A stretch of DNA of 58,662 bases from Prevotella sp. (GCA_031273295.1 JAISSD010000147.1:1-58662), one strand, 5' to 3'. Shown: positions 32,715-44,356, counted from the first letter of the stretch. Notes: generated from the letters alone by a model not told the origin. Numbers and translations are program-made.

Positions 32715-33151
32715 GAAAAGAGATCTGCAATCGGCAATGTACCGGGAAACTGTTTAAATTTTGCCCGTTCGAATTTTCAAGGTTGTTTTTTCTTTTGTGA
32801 AGTGACAATAGCGGACTATCGGGGGTGTATTTGAAACGTCAGGCCGACGTAGTCAAATGCATCCGCTATCAGGCCGGACAAGGGGGGCAATCAAACAAGA
32901 CCGGTCAAAAACAGACAGGGAAACTGTTTTAATTTTGGTCAATGAAGCATTTTGGCTCTAAAACGGTTCTTTGTTTGCCGGAAATTTTATCGTTTAGCCT
33001 GTATTTGGTCGTTGCCATGTGTTTTCAGGAACCTTTGTAATACGGAACGTCAAGGGAAACTCTTTCGCTTTTTTATTAGCTTCAGACTATATTGATAACA
33101 AGATGAACATAAAGCTGTCGGTTAACGGCCGGCGCCAAACGCTAAAAAACA

Positions 33152-34189
33152 ATGCAACAATTTAACATCGGGAAACCGGATGACGAAATCCGTTCCTGTC
33201 TACAGGAAAAGATTGACAGCCTGACAAAACCGAAAGGTTCACTGGGAGTATTGGAAGATCTTGCCATGCAGATTGGCTGGGTACAGCAGTCTCTGAATCC
33301 CCGACTGACTAATCCCTGCCACATCGTATTCGCCGGAGATCATGGTATCGCCGCCGAAGGCGTAAGCCTTTCACCGCAGGAAGTAACCTATCAGATGATA
33401 CTTAACTTCCAGGCAGGAGGAGCAGGCATAAATTTTCTGGCCCGGCAGCACGGTTTCGACCTCAAAGTAGTAGATGCAGGCGTTAATTTCGATTTCAAGG
33501 AAGGAGATCCTGTCCTGAACAGGAAAATACGGAAAAGCACCCGCAATTATTTGCACGAAGCCGCCATGACACGCGAGGAAATGGAATTGGCCATACAGTA
33601 TGGAGCCGGGTGTGTGCAGACCTGCTATGACGAGGGGTGCAATGTTATCGGTTTTGGTGAAATGGGGATAACCAATACCTCGTCGTCGTCCTTGTGGATG
33701 GCCTGTCTTGCAGGTATCCCGTTAGACCGGTGCACAGGCGCGGGCTGTGACCATACGGGCAATATCGTCAGCCATAAATATAAAGTGCTGAAGCAAGCGA
33801 TGGAAAATTACAGGGGAGACGCTTCCGTCGAGGACTTCATGCGTTACTTTGGCGGATATGAAATGGTAATGGCGGTAGGCGCCATGCTAAAAGCCGCCGA
33901 ACTGAAAATGATGGTTCTTGTGGATGGTTTCATTATGACTAACTGTATGCTGGCGGCTTCCAAACTGAACGAAAACGTGCTGCATTACAGCATTTTCGGA
34001 CATCAGGGCGATGAAGCGGGGCACAAGCTTGCGCTGGATTACCTGAAAGCGAAACCGCTTCTTCATCTGGGTTTGAGGCTGGGAGAAGGAACAGGCGCAT
34101 TGTGCGCCTATCCTGTTGTCGATTCGGCCGTGCGCATGATAAACGAGATGAATTCGTTCAAGGAAATAAAAGTGACCAAATATTTTTAA
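33152..34189 (+). CDS. cobT: Nicotinate-nucleotide--dimethylbenzimidazole phosphoribosyltransferase
   Basis: [33 protein letters not shown]. Confidence 0.95.
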   Translation: MQQFNIGKPDDEIRSCLQEKIDSLTKPKGSLGVLEDLAMQIGWVQQSLNPRLTNPCHIVFAGDHGIAAEGVSLSPQEVTYQMILNFQAGGAGINFLARQHGFDLKVVDAGVNFDFKEGDPVLNRKIRKSTRNYLHEAAMTREEMELAIQYGAGCVQTCYDEGCNVIGFGEMGITNTSSSSLWMACLAGIPLDRCTGAGCDHTGNIVSHKYKVLKQAMENYRGDASVEDFMRYFGGYEMVMAVGAMLKAAELKMMVLVDGFIMTNCMLAASKLNENVLHYSIFGHQGDEAGHKLALDYLKAKPLLHLGLRLGEGTGALCAYPVVDSAVRMINEMNSFKEIKVTKYF

Positions 34190-34490
34190 ATAGTTAGGGG
34201 TTGCAAGTCTGAAAGAGGAGCCGGCAAAATCCTGACTGCCCGCAGGGCGAAATATCCGGCAAACTGTTTTTATATGGAACGGGCGTAACGCCAAAAGGGT
34301 GCATTTTGGATTGTCGCAAGTATGCAGGATATGCGAAAGTCCCGCAGGGGACGGCGCTTTTATGTTTGCGGCGATTTGAATTGAATTTCGACGCAGTCAA
34401 ATGCACTCGCGCCAAAGCGCATGAAACAAGGTTTGGCGGAGCCAATATGTCAGGGTTTCTTGTGACCGTTAAAAAACAAATTATATACGC

Positions 34491-35243
34491 ATGAAAAATA
34501 TTGCAGCGGCCCTTGTCTTTTTCACCCGTTTGCCGTTTTGGCGGCTAAAGGCATTCGATGTACCTGTCGAGCGCTATAAGCAGGCAATTAATTACTGGCC
34601 TGTGACAGGCTGGCTTACGGCTTCGGTGATGGCGGGCGTACTCTGGGGATCGGCGCAGATCCTGCCTTATTCTATTGCTGTTGTTTCAGCGATATTAAGC
34701 CGTTTGCTGATTACGGGAGCATTGCACGAAGATGGTCTTGCCGATTTTTCCGATGGGTTTGGCGGAGGGATAACCCGGGAGCGGACGCTGGAAATAATGA
34801 AAGATTCGCATATTGGAACCAATGGAGTCATCAGTTTGATATTCTACTTTTCATTGTTTTATCTGCTTTTGAATGATCTTGATCTTGAAACGGCTTGTAT
34901 TGTGATACTTGCGGCAGACCCGCTATGCAAATTTATCGTGTCGCTGATAACGCTGTTCCTGCCGTATGCCCGTAATGAGGAAACCGGCAAATCGAAAGTA
35001 GTTTACAGTAAAATGTCAATCGGAACAGGGGCCGTATCCGTAATATTCGGGCTGCTTCCCTTTATTTTATTGTTGAAAATTGACTTTTGGCCGGTGATAT
35101 TATTCCCTGTCTTTGTTTTCACAGGACTGATCCTTCTGATGGGAAAGAAAATTCGGGGTTATACGGGCGATTGCTGCGGAGCTGCATTTTTGATGTGTGA
35201 ACTGTCTTTTTATCTGGGGATAATGATAGCGCTAAATTATTGA
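34491..35243 (+). CDS. cobS: Adenosylcobinamide-GDP ribazoletransferase
   Basis: FFTRLP, TGALHEDGLADFSDG, IMKDSHIG, GYTGDCCGA. Confidence 0.95.
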   Translation: MKNIAAALVFFTRLPFWRLKAFDVPVERYKQAINYWPVTGWLTASVMAGVLWGSAQILPYSIAVVSAILSRLLITGALHEDGLADFSDGFGGGITRERTLEIMKDSHIGTNGVISLIFYFSLFYLLLNDLDLETACIVILAADPLCKFIVSLITLFLPYARNEETGKSKVVYSKMSIGTGAVSVIFGLLPFILLLKIDFWPVILFPVFVFTGLILLMGKKIRGYTGDCCGAAFLMCELSFYLGIMIALNY

Positions 35244-35394
35244 GGAAGGTAACTTTATTGATTTGCCAATATTCGAATTGGCTGATCTATTGATTGATCT
35301 TCATGGAACGGGCATGCAAAAGCAGCGCCAGCGAGCATGAAACAAGGTCTGGCGGAGCCAACCATGCGACCTTTAAAAAAAAAATTGTGTACAC

Positions 35395-35913
35395 ATGAAA
35401 ATATACGTCATACGACATACGGCGGTAGGGGTAAATGGAGTTTGCTACGGACAAACGGATGTGCCGTTGAAAGATACTTTCGAAAGCGAAGCCGAAGCGG
35501 TAAAGCAAAACCTGAAAGGCATATCTTTCGATGCGGTCTTTTCCAGTCCGTTGAGCCGGGCGAAAAAACTGGCGGAATACTGCGGATATAAAGATATACA
35601 GTTGTACGACCGGCTAAAGGAGCTTCACTTCGGCGATTGGGAAATGCATCCGTGGGACAGGATAGACATGGCGGAATGGGAAAAGGACTGGGTAAATACG
35701 CCTGCGCCGAACGGCGAGTCTTTCAGACAGATGTACGGCCGCGTGGCGTCTTTTCTGGATGAACTGAAAGAACGGGATTATTCCAGTATCGCCGTCTTTG
35801 CTCATGGCGGGGTAATAAATTGTTTTAAAGTATATTTCGGCCGGGCGGATTTGGCCGGAGCATTCGATGATATGCCGGAGTACGGGCAGATAACGGAATT
35901 TGAACTTGTTTGA
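35395..35913 (+). CDS. cobC: Alpha-ribazole phosphatase (histidine phosphatase)
   Basis: IRHT, YGQTDVPL, SSPLSRA, ELHFGDWE, AHGGVI; cob context. Confidence 0.88.
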   Translation: MKIYVIRHTAVGVNGVCYGQTDVPLKDTFESEAEAVKQNLKGISFDAVFSSPLSRAKKLAEYCGYKDIQLYDRLKELHFGDWEMHPWDRIDMAEWEKDWVNTPAPNGESFRQMYGRVASFLDELKERDYSSIAVFAHGGVINCFKVYFGRADLAGAFDDMPEYGQITEFELV

Positions 35914-36135
35914 ACCGGTCGAATACATATAGCATTGATTCGGAAGCGTTTTATGGTGTTATGAAGCGTCTTTCGGTATGGATGTCGCCGGAGGCGGTGC
36001 GCGCTTACTGCTGTTGCCGATTCTGTTAATAATCGTGAAGAGATGCGGCTTTGCGAGGGACGGCAGTCATCTCATTCTTTCTTTAGAAGCTTTTTTCATA
36101 AATTATCTTAACGTTTTTTCTTTAGTCGGGATACT

Positions 36136-39100
36136 TTGATCCGGATGAGGGTAAATCTCTTTTTTTTTGATAATTTTGTAGCTCTAAAAAGAAGAGTTAT
36201 AAAACGGTTTAAGCAAATATTTCTAACCATTTCAGGGATAATTTCCGGATTGGTTATCCTGTTGTTCGGCTTGTTGAATACGCCTGCCGTTCAGGATCAT
36301 GTCAAAGACCTTGTTGTGAAGGAGCTAAAGGCCAAACTGGGAACCGAAGCGGGCATAGGCCGTCTCGGTTTTTTGCCATTCAATACCGTCGCTATCGACA
36401 GCCTGTATCTTTACGACCGGTCAAACGCGAAAGTACTGATGGCCGATAAAGTTTCGGCAGGCGTGGATATTTTCGCCCTTATGAAAGGCAAGATAGTGGT
36501 CACGTCTGTATGGCTGACCGGTTTTGAAGCGCATCTGTCAAAAGATAGCCCGGATGCTCCCTTGAATATACAATATGTGATTGATGCATTCAAGTCGAAA
36601 GACAATAAGCCGAAAGCCGGACTGGATATCAGGTTGAATGCCGTGAACCTGTCCAATGGCCGTTTTACTTACGATATAAAAGACCAGCCGTTCAAAGAGG
36701 ATCTGTTCGATGCAAACCACATACAGGTATCCGGTTTGGATGCCAAGATCACTGTGAAATCAATGCTGGAGGATTCGGTCAATATCCAGGTTAAAAAAGT
36801 CAGTTTGAAAGAGAAGAGCGGTCTGGAAATATCGGGCCTTGTATTCAGGGTGGTAAGTCAGGGAAAGAAAATATCGATCAGGGGATTTGAACTGGATCTG
36901 CCTTCTTCGCGTCTGGCATTGGGCAGATGCGAGATAGACCTTACCCCGGCAAACGACACGGCTAAAATCCTTGATTGCGCCGTTCTTGATTGTCGCATAG
37001 CGCCTTCATATATAGCGCCCGGGGATCTGGCCGCATTTGTACCTGCATTGCAAAACTTCAAGGATCCGGTACATATACGCGCGCGCGTCTCGGGTTCGAT
37101 GAATGACCTGGCCTTGTCGGAGTTGTCTGTGGACTATGGGGAAAAGATGCGCCTGATGGCAAATGCCGGGATCAGGGATATCGGGGATGCCGGAAAAATG
37201 TATCTGTCGGGCAGTATCGACGAACTGGCTGTCGGGGTTAACGAAGTGGAAAGTATCCTTGATAATTTCTCGAAAAACAAAATACGGTTGCCTTCCCGAT
37301 TGAGGAAGTTTGGCTTGATATCGTTTGCCGGTAACATTTCGGGCTATTTGAAACAGCTCTCGGTTTGTGGAAACCTGGATACGGATATGGGAACTGTAAA
37401 AACAGATCTGCTTTTTGGCCTGAATCCGGGAAACGGACTGAGTTCCTTTGTGCATGGAAAAGTTCATACATCCGGTTTCGAACTGGGAAAATTGCTGGAT
37501 AACAAGGATATGGATAAAATATCGTTAAATCTGGCTGTTGATTTCGAGAAACCTGTATATGGCAGGATCAGGGGAACAGCCAAAGGCGACATTCACAATT
37601 TCGATTTCAAGGGATATACTTACAGGGAAATTACGCTGGACGCCGCTTGCGATGGCCTGCGGGTAGACGGGCAACTGAATGTGAATGACGAGAATGGCAT
37701 CCTGAGTGTCGACGGGTTGTTTGATCTGTCGGACATGGAAAATCCGGAATTGAAATTCAACGCGAAAGCAAGGAATGTCCAGCCGGCTAACCTGCATCTG
37801 GCTGAAGATATGCGGCATTCTTATCTGTCGTTTGCCGTAGACGCCGATTTTAGAGGCAGGCACATCGATAACGTCTGGGGATATGTAAAGATAAGCTCCA
37901 TTGACTTTATACGCGAAGACAGATTGTTTCAGATGGATAGCCTGGTGGTCAGAGTCGCCGGATTGTCCGACGACCGCAGGCTGAGTATAAATTCCAGCTT
38001 GCTAAAAGGGGAAATCAAAGGCGCATATTCCATGTCGTCGATGATAAACAGCATGAAACAGACATTGAGCATGTACTTGCCGGCGCTGATAAAACCCTGT
38101 AACCGGAAAAAGCCGGACAGGAAGCCGGACAGGATCAATTTCGACTTGCAGATAAACAATAGCGAGTCGTTTAGCCGCATACTTGACCTGCCTGTCACCG
38201 TATTGAGTCCCTCGAAAATAATAGGGTCTTACAATAACCTGAACGACAGATTCAATATCGAGATATTCGCTCCGTCGGTAAGGGCTGCCGGGATGAATAT
38301 AAAGTCGGGATATGTTGCGATAAGCAACCCGCACGACACGATAGACGCAAAAATAAATGTGTTGATTACAGGCAAGAAAAATGAAGTCTATGATATTGCG
38401 GTAAACTCAAAAATAAAAGACAACCTTGTCAATACGGATATATCGCTGGTGAATACGGGTGTGCAAAAGGCCCGGGGCGATTTTTCGATCAGTACGCTTC
38501 TGACCGGAAACGGAACAGAGCCTCTCAGGGTAGATATAAACACATTGCCAAGCGAACTGTTGCTGAATAATGCCAGTTGGAAAATGAACCGGTCGCATGT
38601 TGCTATACAGGACGGATTGATAGCTGTCGACAATTTTTCGGTGTATAACGAAGATGGCAGTCAGGAAATAAAAGTAAACGGGAAATACACGCAAAAAAAT
38701 TCGAATGATATACTGAAGGCCGAATTGAAAAATATTAACCTCGAATATATTTTCCAGACGCTGGCTATTGACGCTCTTCAATTCGGCGGTTCAGCCACGG
38801 GAAGCCTGTTTGTATCCAGTATAGAGAGAAAACCGTATGCGAATACGCGTCTCGAAATAACCGGTTTCAAATTTAACGGAACGGAATTGGGTAAACTGAA
38901 CTTGTTCAGTGAACTGGATGATGAAACCAATCAGGTTATCCTCGACGGATTGATTGTCGGCAACGAAAACAAGCAGACAAAAGTAAGTGGTACGCTGGAT
39001 CCTGTAAAGCAAAAATTATCGATCGATTTCGACGCCGACAGTATCGATATCGGTTTCCTGAACAAATATGCCGAAACCGTCTTTGATAATATAACCGGAC

Positions 39101-40695
39101 GGGGTACAGGGAAGGTGCGTTTGTATGGAAACTTTTCGAATGTGACGGCAGAAGGGCAAGCCTTTATTGACGGCGGAAGCGTGGGTATTCGTTTCCTGAA
39201 TACGCGCTATTCGTTTTCCGATACGGTTTATATGAAGAAAGACCTTGTCTACTTTAATGATATGACGCTGACCGACCAGTTTAACAACAAGGCGCGTGCA
39301 AGCGGCAAGGTAGCTCATGATTTTTTCAGTAACTTCATGTATCTGGTCGATTTGTCGGCAGATAACTTCCTTGTCTACAATGCTTCGCCGGCAACAAATC
39401 CGTTGTTTTACGGTAAAGTGTTTGGCAGTGGAAACGGTACGGTCGGAGGCGACGAACGCGCCGTGGATGTAAACATCAGGATGCGTACCGACGCAAACAC
39501 GCTTGTGCGCATGAACTTTATGGAAGATGCAGTCAATGAATATTCGTTCATAACGTACAGGGAAAAACAGGAGGAAAACGCGATAAAACAGGTCAACGCT
39601 CCGATGTTTGTTCCCCGTAATGATACGGGAATGGATATAAATATGAATTTTTATATTGACGCCACTCCTGACGCCACATTGGAACTGCTTATGGACCCTG
39701 TGGGCGGAGATGTGCTGAGAGGAACGGGAAGCGGAGCCATGCGCTTTGAATGGAACCTGAAAGCGTCTCCCCGTCTTTATGGTACATATAATATCAACAG
39801 GGGGAATTATAATTTTACCTTCCAGCGATTGATGGAAAAGCGGTTCAGTATACAGGACGGGAGCAAGGTGCAATTCAGGGGAGACCCCTTCGACGCCACT
39901 CTGGATGTGGAAGCAATATACAAGATCAATGCCAGCCTGAACGATTTGGACAAGGAGCTGGCCGAGAGGGTGGGGCAAACTACTATTCCCGTAAATTGTG
40001 TTCTCAACCTCGTAGGCCCTCTCAAGCATCCCAATGTGGGGCTTGATATAGCATTGCCTTCGGCAGACGCAGAGGTGGAGCGGCAGGTGAAAAACATATT
40101 GAATACGCAGGACGAGATAAACAAACAGGTTGCATACCTGCTGGTCTTGTCGAAGTTTAAAGCGCCGGGCTACGCTACTCCGGGTACGCAGACGTCCGAT
40201 TTTGCCGCCGTAGCCTCTGCCACGCTATCCAATCAGTTGACAAAGATAGTGAGCAAGATAGATGACAGATGGCAACTGGGTACCAATATCCGTTACAGCG
40301 ATACCGAATTGACCAATACCGAAGCGGAATTGCTGCTGTCGAGCCAGTTATTGAACGACAGGCTGTTAATAAACGGAAACTTCGGTTACCGCAATGATAT
40401 TAATCTGGACAACGAGTCCATGATAACGGATATAGATATAGAATATCTGTTGAATAACGCCGGTACATGGCGGATAAAGGCGTATAATCATTACAACGAA
40501 AAGTATTATTCTTTGAAGCATGCCACACAGACACAGGGCGTCGGTATCATATACAGAAAGGATTTTGACGAATTGCGCGACCTGTTCAAAAACCAGAGAT
40601 TAAGGCCAAAGAAAGATACGGCGCCGCTTCCGGTTGTTCCCGATTCTATCCGGAAGGGCAGTACATTAAGTCCTTTTATCAGAATGAAGAAATGA
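36136..40695 (+). CDS. tamB: Translocation/assembly module TamB-domain protein (start uncertain)
   Basis: ~1500 aa, N-terminal anchor, beta-rich; C-terminal GSKVQFRGDPFDA, LLNDRLLINGNFGY, QGVGIIYRKDFD. Confidence 0.85.
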   Translation: MIRMRVNLFFFDNFVALKRRVIKRFKQIFLTISGIISGLVILLFGLLNTPAVQDHVKDLVVKELKAKLGTEAGIGRLGFLPFNTVAIDSLYLYDRSNAKVLMADKVSAGVDIFALMKGKIVVTSVWLTGFEAHLSKDSPDAPLNIQYVIDAFKSKDNKPKAGLDIRLNAVNLSNGRFTYDIKDQPFKEDLFDANHIQVSGLDAKITVKSMLEDSVNIQVKKVSLKEKSGLEISGLVFRVVSQGKKISIRGFELDLPSSRLALGRCEIDLTPANDTAKILDCAVLDCRIAPSYIAPGDLAAFVPALQNFKDPVHIRARVSGSMNDLALSELSVDYGEKMRLMANAGIRDIGDAGKMYLSGSIDELAVGVNEVESILDNFSKNKIRLPSRLRKFGLISFAGNISGYLKQLSVCGNLDTDMGTVKTDLLFGLNPGNGLSSFVHGKVHTSGFELGKLLDNKDMDKISLNLAVDFEKPVYGRIRGTAKGDIHNFDFKGYTYREITLDAACDGLRVDGQLNVNDENGILSVDGLFDLSDMENPELKFNAKARNVQPANLHLAEDMRHSYLSFAVDADFRGRHIDNVWGYVKISSIDFIREDRLFQMDSLVVRVAGLSDDRRLSINSSLLKGEIKGAYSMSSMINSMKQTLSMYLPALIKPCNRKKPDRKPDRINFDLQINNSESFSRILDLPVTVLSPSKIIGSYNNLNDRFNIEIFAPSVRAAGMNIKSGYVAISNPHDTIDAKINVLITGKKNEVYDIAVNSKIKDNLVNTDISLVNTGVQKARGDFSISTLLTGNGTEPLRVDINTLPSELLLNNASWKMNRSHVAIQDGLIAVDNFSVYNEDGSQEIKVNGKYTQKNSNDILKAELKNINLEYIFQTLAIDALQFGGSATGSLFVSSIERKPYANTRLEITGFKFNGTELGKLNLFSELDDETNQVILDGLIVGNENKQTKVSGTLDPVKQKLSIDFDADSIDIGFLNKYAETVFDNITGRGTGKVRLYGNFSNVTAEGQAFIDGGSVGIRFLNTRYSFSDTVYMKKDLVYFNDMTLTDQFNNKARASGKVAHDFFSNFMYLVDLSADNFLVYNASPATNPLFYGKVFGSGNGTVGGDERAVDVNIRMRTDANTLVRMNFMEDAVNEYSFITYREKQEENAIKQVNAPMFVPRNDTGMDINMNFYIDATPDATLELLMDPVGGDVLRGTGSGAMRFEWNLKASPRLYGTYNINRGNYNFTFQRLMEKRFSIQDGSKVQFRGDPFDATLDVEAIYKINASLNDLDKELAERVGQTTIPVNCVLNLVGPLKHPNVGLDIALPSADAEVERQVKNILNTQDEINKQVAYLLVLSKFKAPGYATPGTQTSDFAAVASATLSNQLTKIVSKIDDRWQLGTNIRYSDTELTNTEAELLLSSQLLNDRLLINGNFGYRNDINLDNESMITDIDIEYLLNNAGTWRIKAYNHYNEKYYSLKHATQTQGVGIIYRKDFDELRDLFKNQRLRPKKDTAPLPVVPDSIRKGSTLSPFIRMKK

Positions 40696-41867
40696 ATTTG
40701 AGTCCCGGCACAAGAAACTTTATCATTGAACACGAACCGGACGATGTTCATGCCCTGGCTTTGAAAGCGAAGCAATTTCCCGGTATTGACATGCAACTGG
40801 CTATCCGTCAGATTGCGGGGCGCAAAATAGCCAAAGAGAAAATACCTTCGTGGTATGCCGACAGCTCGATTGTTTATCCCGGACGCTTGTCATTGGAACA
40901 GTGTTCTTCGGAACAGACGGCCCGTTTCAAAGCCTTGTTGTGCGGCGGAGAATCGATGGTAGACCTGACCGGCGGCTTCGGGGTGGATTGCTCTTTTCTT
41001 GCAAACCGTTTCAAGAATGCGATCTATGTGGAGCGGCAAGAGGAGTTGGCGGAAATAGCCGCGCATAATTTTAGATTGTTGGGACAGGGACACATCAGGA
41101 TCGTAAACGGCGACGCTGTTGGCTACCTGTCTTCAATGGCCCCTGTAAACCTGATTTACATTGACCCTGCCCGAAGAGACAAGGCAGGCCGGAAAGTGGC
41201 GCTGATAGAGGATTGCACGCCTGATATCCTCGAACTGGGATCATTGCTGGAAAAGAAATCGGAACAAACGATGATAAAGCTGTCTCCGATGCTGGATATT
41301 GCATTGGCTGTAAAAACGATGAAGTCGGTTTCGGATGTATATGTGATCAGTGTAAACAACGAATGCAGGGAGTTGTTGTTTATAAGGAAAAAAACGCGGG
41401 ACAGGATAAAATATCATTGCGTAAATATCCGGAATGGCAGTGCAGATATATTTTCTTTCTACAAAGAAGACGAAGATCTTGTTTCTCTCTGCTATACGGA
41501 TACGGTCGGTAAATATCTGTATGAGCCGAATGCCTCTGTCTTGAAAGGCGGAGCATATAAAAGCATAGCCCGGTCATACGCTTTAAGCAAACTTCATCCT
41601 GCCAGCCATCTATATACTTCTGATACGTTGCATAATGATTTTCATGGACGCAAATTTGTCGTCGATACAGTCTGTTCATTAAGTAAAAAGGAACTGAAGG
41701 CGCATTTGCCGGGTATAGACCGGGCTAATGTAACTACCCGCAATTTCCCCTTGTCGGTACAGGAAACAAGAAAGAAAACCGGATTGAAGGACGGGGGAGA
41801 AGCATATGTATTTGCCACTACCCTTGCCGATAACAGGAAAGTATTGCTGATTTGCCACAAAGCCTGA
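40692..41867 (+). CDS. SAM-dependent methyltransferase with THUMP-like domain
   Basis: LEQCSSE, DLTGGFGVD, YIDPARR, IKLSPMLD, YLYEPNA. Confidence 0.88.
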   Translation: MNLSPGTRNFIIEHEPDDVHALALKAKQFPGIDMQLAIRQIAGRKIAKEKIPSWYADSSIVYPGRLSLEQCSSEQTARFKALLCGGESMVDLTGGFGVDCSFLANRFKNAIYVERQEELAEIAAHNFRLLGQGHIRIVNGDAVGYLSSMAPVNLIYIDPARRDKAGRKVALIEDCTPDILELGSLLEKKSEQTMIKLSPMLDIALAVKTMKSVSDVYVISVNNECRELLFIRKKTRDRIKYHCVNIRNGSADIFSFYKEDEDLVSLCYTDTVGKYLYEPNASVLKGGAYKSIARSYALSKLHPASHLYTSDTLHNDFHGRKFVVDTVCSLSKKELKAHLPGIDRANVTTRNFPLSVQETRKKTGLKDGGEAYVFATTLADNRKVLLICHKA

Positions 41868-42056
41868 AAATCAGATGTATGCCGCGTGAAGTATAAAAAG
41901 GGCGTTGAAACGTCGGTTCGACCGGTCAAATGCATCCGTTCCATTTTAGCCGGAGCCTTGTTTTTGCATGCAGATGACGCGGATTGAACGGACGACCGCA
42001 GATCATGGACAATGAGTTTCTATCCCCCGATATAACAAACACGAACAATCCGGTTC

Positions 42057-42082
42057 GGGCGAATACACAGGTTCGTCCCTGC
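42057..42082 (-). repeat. REP-like palindrome
   Basis: Minus strand reads GCAGGGACGAACCTGTGTATTCGCCC. Confidence 0.65.
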
Positions 42083-42089
42083 ATGCCGG

Positions 42090-43010
42090 TTCTTTGTGTC
42101 CTTTGTGATACGCTTTGCGCCCTTTGTGTTAAATGAATTTTCTTGCAGTGCAACAATTTGAATTGCTTTGTGCATGGAAGATATATGGTAAAAACGAGGT
42201 TCTTGTGCTCCGAAATTTTTAACGCAAAGGATCCGCAAAATCTGCAAATGAAATTCTTTGTGTCCTTTGTGATACGCTTTGTGCCCTTTGTGTTAAATGA
42301 ATTTGACCATTTTTTTTTGCAATGCGACAATTTGAATTGCTTTGTGCATGGAAGATATATGGTAAGAACGGGGTTCTTGTGCTCCGAAATTTTTAACGCA
42401 AAGGATCCGCAAAATCTGCAAATGAAATTCTTTGTGTCCTTTGTGATACACTTTGTGCCCTTTGTGTTAAAACAACAACTGTTTGAAAAACGACTATTTT
42501 AATGCACTCTATTGTAAAAAAACCTCGTTTCCACCTAATTTTTTCCAACAAAACAACCTCGTAGCCAATGAGTTACCCCGGACACCCAACCTCATTACCT
42601 CATAACTCATTGTTTTTCAACTATTTTACCGTTAATTGTTTGATGATAAAATTTAAAGCGCCTTTCGTATTCTTGCGCATGTATTTCTTTTGTGGCATGG
42701 CATTCTTCCGGATTTTCATTATATTCATTATATTCCATTTTTATATATTTTATTTTTAAGGTAATGAGGTCGGGGGAGGTATGATATTCCATTGCTACTG
42801 AGGTTGTTTTGTTTATTGGAATCAGGTAAAAATGAGGTTCTTGTGCTCCGAAATTTTTAACGCAAAGGATCTGCAAAATCTGCAAATGAAATTCTTTGTG
42901 TCCTTTGTGATACACTTTGTGCCCTTTGTGTTAAATGAATTTGACCGTTTTTTTTTGCAATGCGACAATTTGAATTGCTTTGTGCATGGAGGATATATGG
43001 TAAAAAAACC
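42090..43010 (+). repeat. ~165-175 bp direct repeats with CTTTGTG motifs (42090-42470 and 42829-43010) interrupted by an IR-bounded segment
   Basis: Near-identical copies of TTTTTAACGCAAAGGAT..GCAAAATCTGCAAATGAAATTCTTTGTGTCCTTTGTGATAC..CTTTGTGTTAAA. Confidence 0.9.
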
Positions 43011-43212
43011 GTAACTACTCAGGTACTTTATATAAGCATAAACACCAGATAATCAATTATATATCACATTAAGAAAAATCAGTCATATTTGAGCGTTTAT
43101 TTTATAATTCATTGATAATATGCAGTTTATAAATCTTGTCTACATTAAACATCAAAATATGAATCGAGATAAATATTTGTAAATCAATTCGTTTTGGTAC
43201 CAGAATAGTTAC
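43011..43212. mobile_element. MITE-like element with ~16 bp terminal inverted repeats
   Basis: GTAACTACTCAGGTAC at 43011 versus GTACCAGAATAGTTAC ending at 43212 (14/16); non-coding AT-rich interior. Confidence 0.6.
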
Positions 43213-43248
43213 ACTTTATATGGCATTGTCGTTCCATTTTATAAATAC

Positions 43249-44356
43249 TTTAAGTTTCCACCCTTTAACCTCCAGTAAATCAAGGAAAAAAGCAGTGATA
43301 ATTCGATATAATTTGCTAATTTTGTGGTAGTTAAATACAAAAATACAAATTTAAAAAACTATCACCGCTTATGCGTGTAAAAATAAGCATTTTAGAGGAA
43401 TTGGCAAGCATTCTGACGAAAAAAGAGAAGAGAGATGGCGGGATTTTCCATTTTTCAAAACAGTTTAAAATCGGGCGTCTTAAAGCTGTTTTGCGATGTA
43501 AAGCAACAGGGATTTACGCTGACGCCGGTACTTGTAGCGCTGATTTTATGCCGTTTGGGAGGCATCAGCGTTTATGCGGCGCAAAAAACAGGCAACCTGC
43601 ACATGGATGATAATACGATATACCGTTTGATGAACAATCCGTTAATAAACCGGAAATCAATAGTTTTATCTTTTGCCGGACAATTTTTGCGTTGCGCGGC
43701 AAAAACGGCGTCCCTGCAAAAGAGGCGGTAAAATGCTTCATAATTGACGACACGGATATCGGAAAAACAGGTAAAACATTTGAGGGTATCAGCAAGATAT
43801 TCAGCCATGTAACACACAGCTACAAGTTTGGATTCAGGAAACTCGTCCTCTGCTTTTGGGACGGAAAGAGCCTGATTCCCTGCGGGTTTTCCCTGCACCG
43901 TGAAAATAAAAAAACGAATACGGGCTAAACAAATGGGCAAGGCGCAAAACACCGATTTTTGCGGACAGATTGCCGATATTTCGCTAACGCTGATAACATA
44001 CACGATACTTGAACTTTACAAGCGTTTTGAAGATTACGAAACACCGGGGCAACTTTTCCGGACAACGCAGGAAGAATTGCTGGAAAAAACGCTTTGCGGG
44101 CGCATCGCACGGGTATTTTTGAGGATTGTTGCAGATTTGCCGGAAATTTTCAGTATTGATATGGAAGAAAGCATGAGGCGTTTAATCGCAGCTAAAACAT
44201 CGGACAGGAGGTTGCATATTTTATTAAACGCTATAAATCAGCTAGATGAAAACAGTGAAGACTTGTTAAACGTCTCATGATTTTCTGTTGGCAATCAATT
44301 GATTACAACAAGCATCTCCATTATTGACGATGATGATTAAGGGTGGGAAACTTGAA
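43249..44356 (+). mobile_element. Degenerate IS (IS4/IS701-like DDE transposase, frameshifted and internally deleted)
   Basis: TIRs TTTAAGTTTCCACCCTTTAA and TTAAGGGTGGGAAACTTGAA; fragments DDNTIYRLMNNP, CFIIDDTDIGKTGKTFEGISKIFSHV, WDGKSLIP across frames 43371-44280. Confidence 0.8.

Noticed and set aside
32715-33151. Cobalamin riboswitch upstream of cobT
   Set aside because: GGGAAACT motifs recur, but I could not find the GCCACTG / B12-box architecture; an Rfam scan would settle it.
39016-40029. 337 aa antisense ORF
   Set aside because: Shadow frame of tamB.
42090-43014. CRISPR array or real CDSs (42143..42502, 41926..42330, 42832..43014)
   Set aside because: Spacers are repeated, and the ORFs are translations of the repeat DNA.
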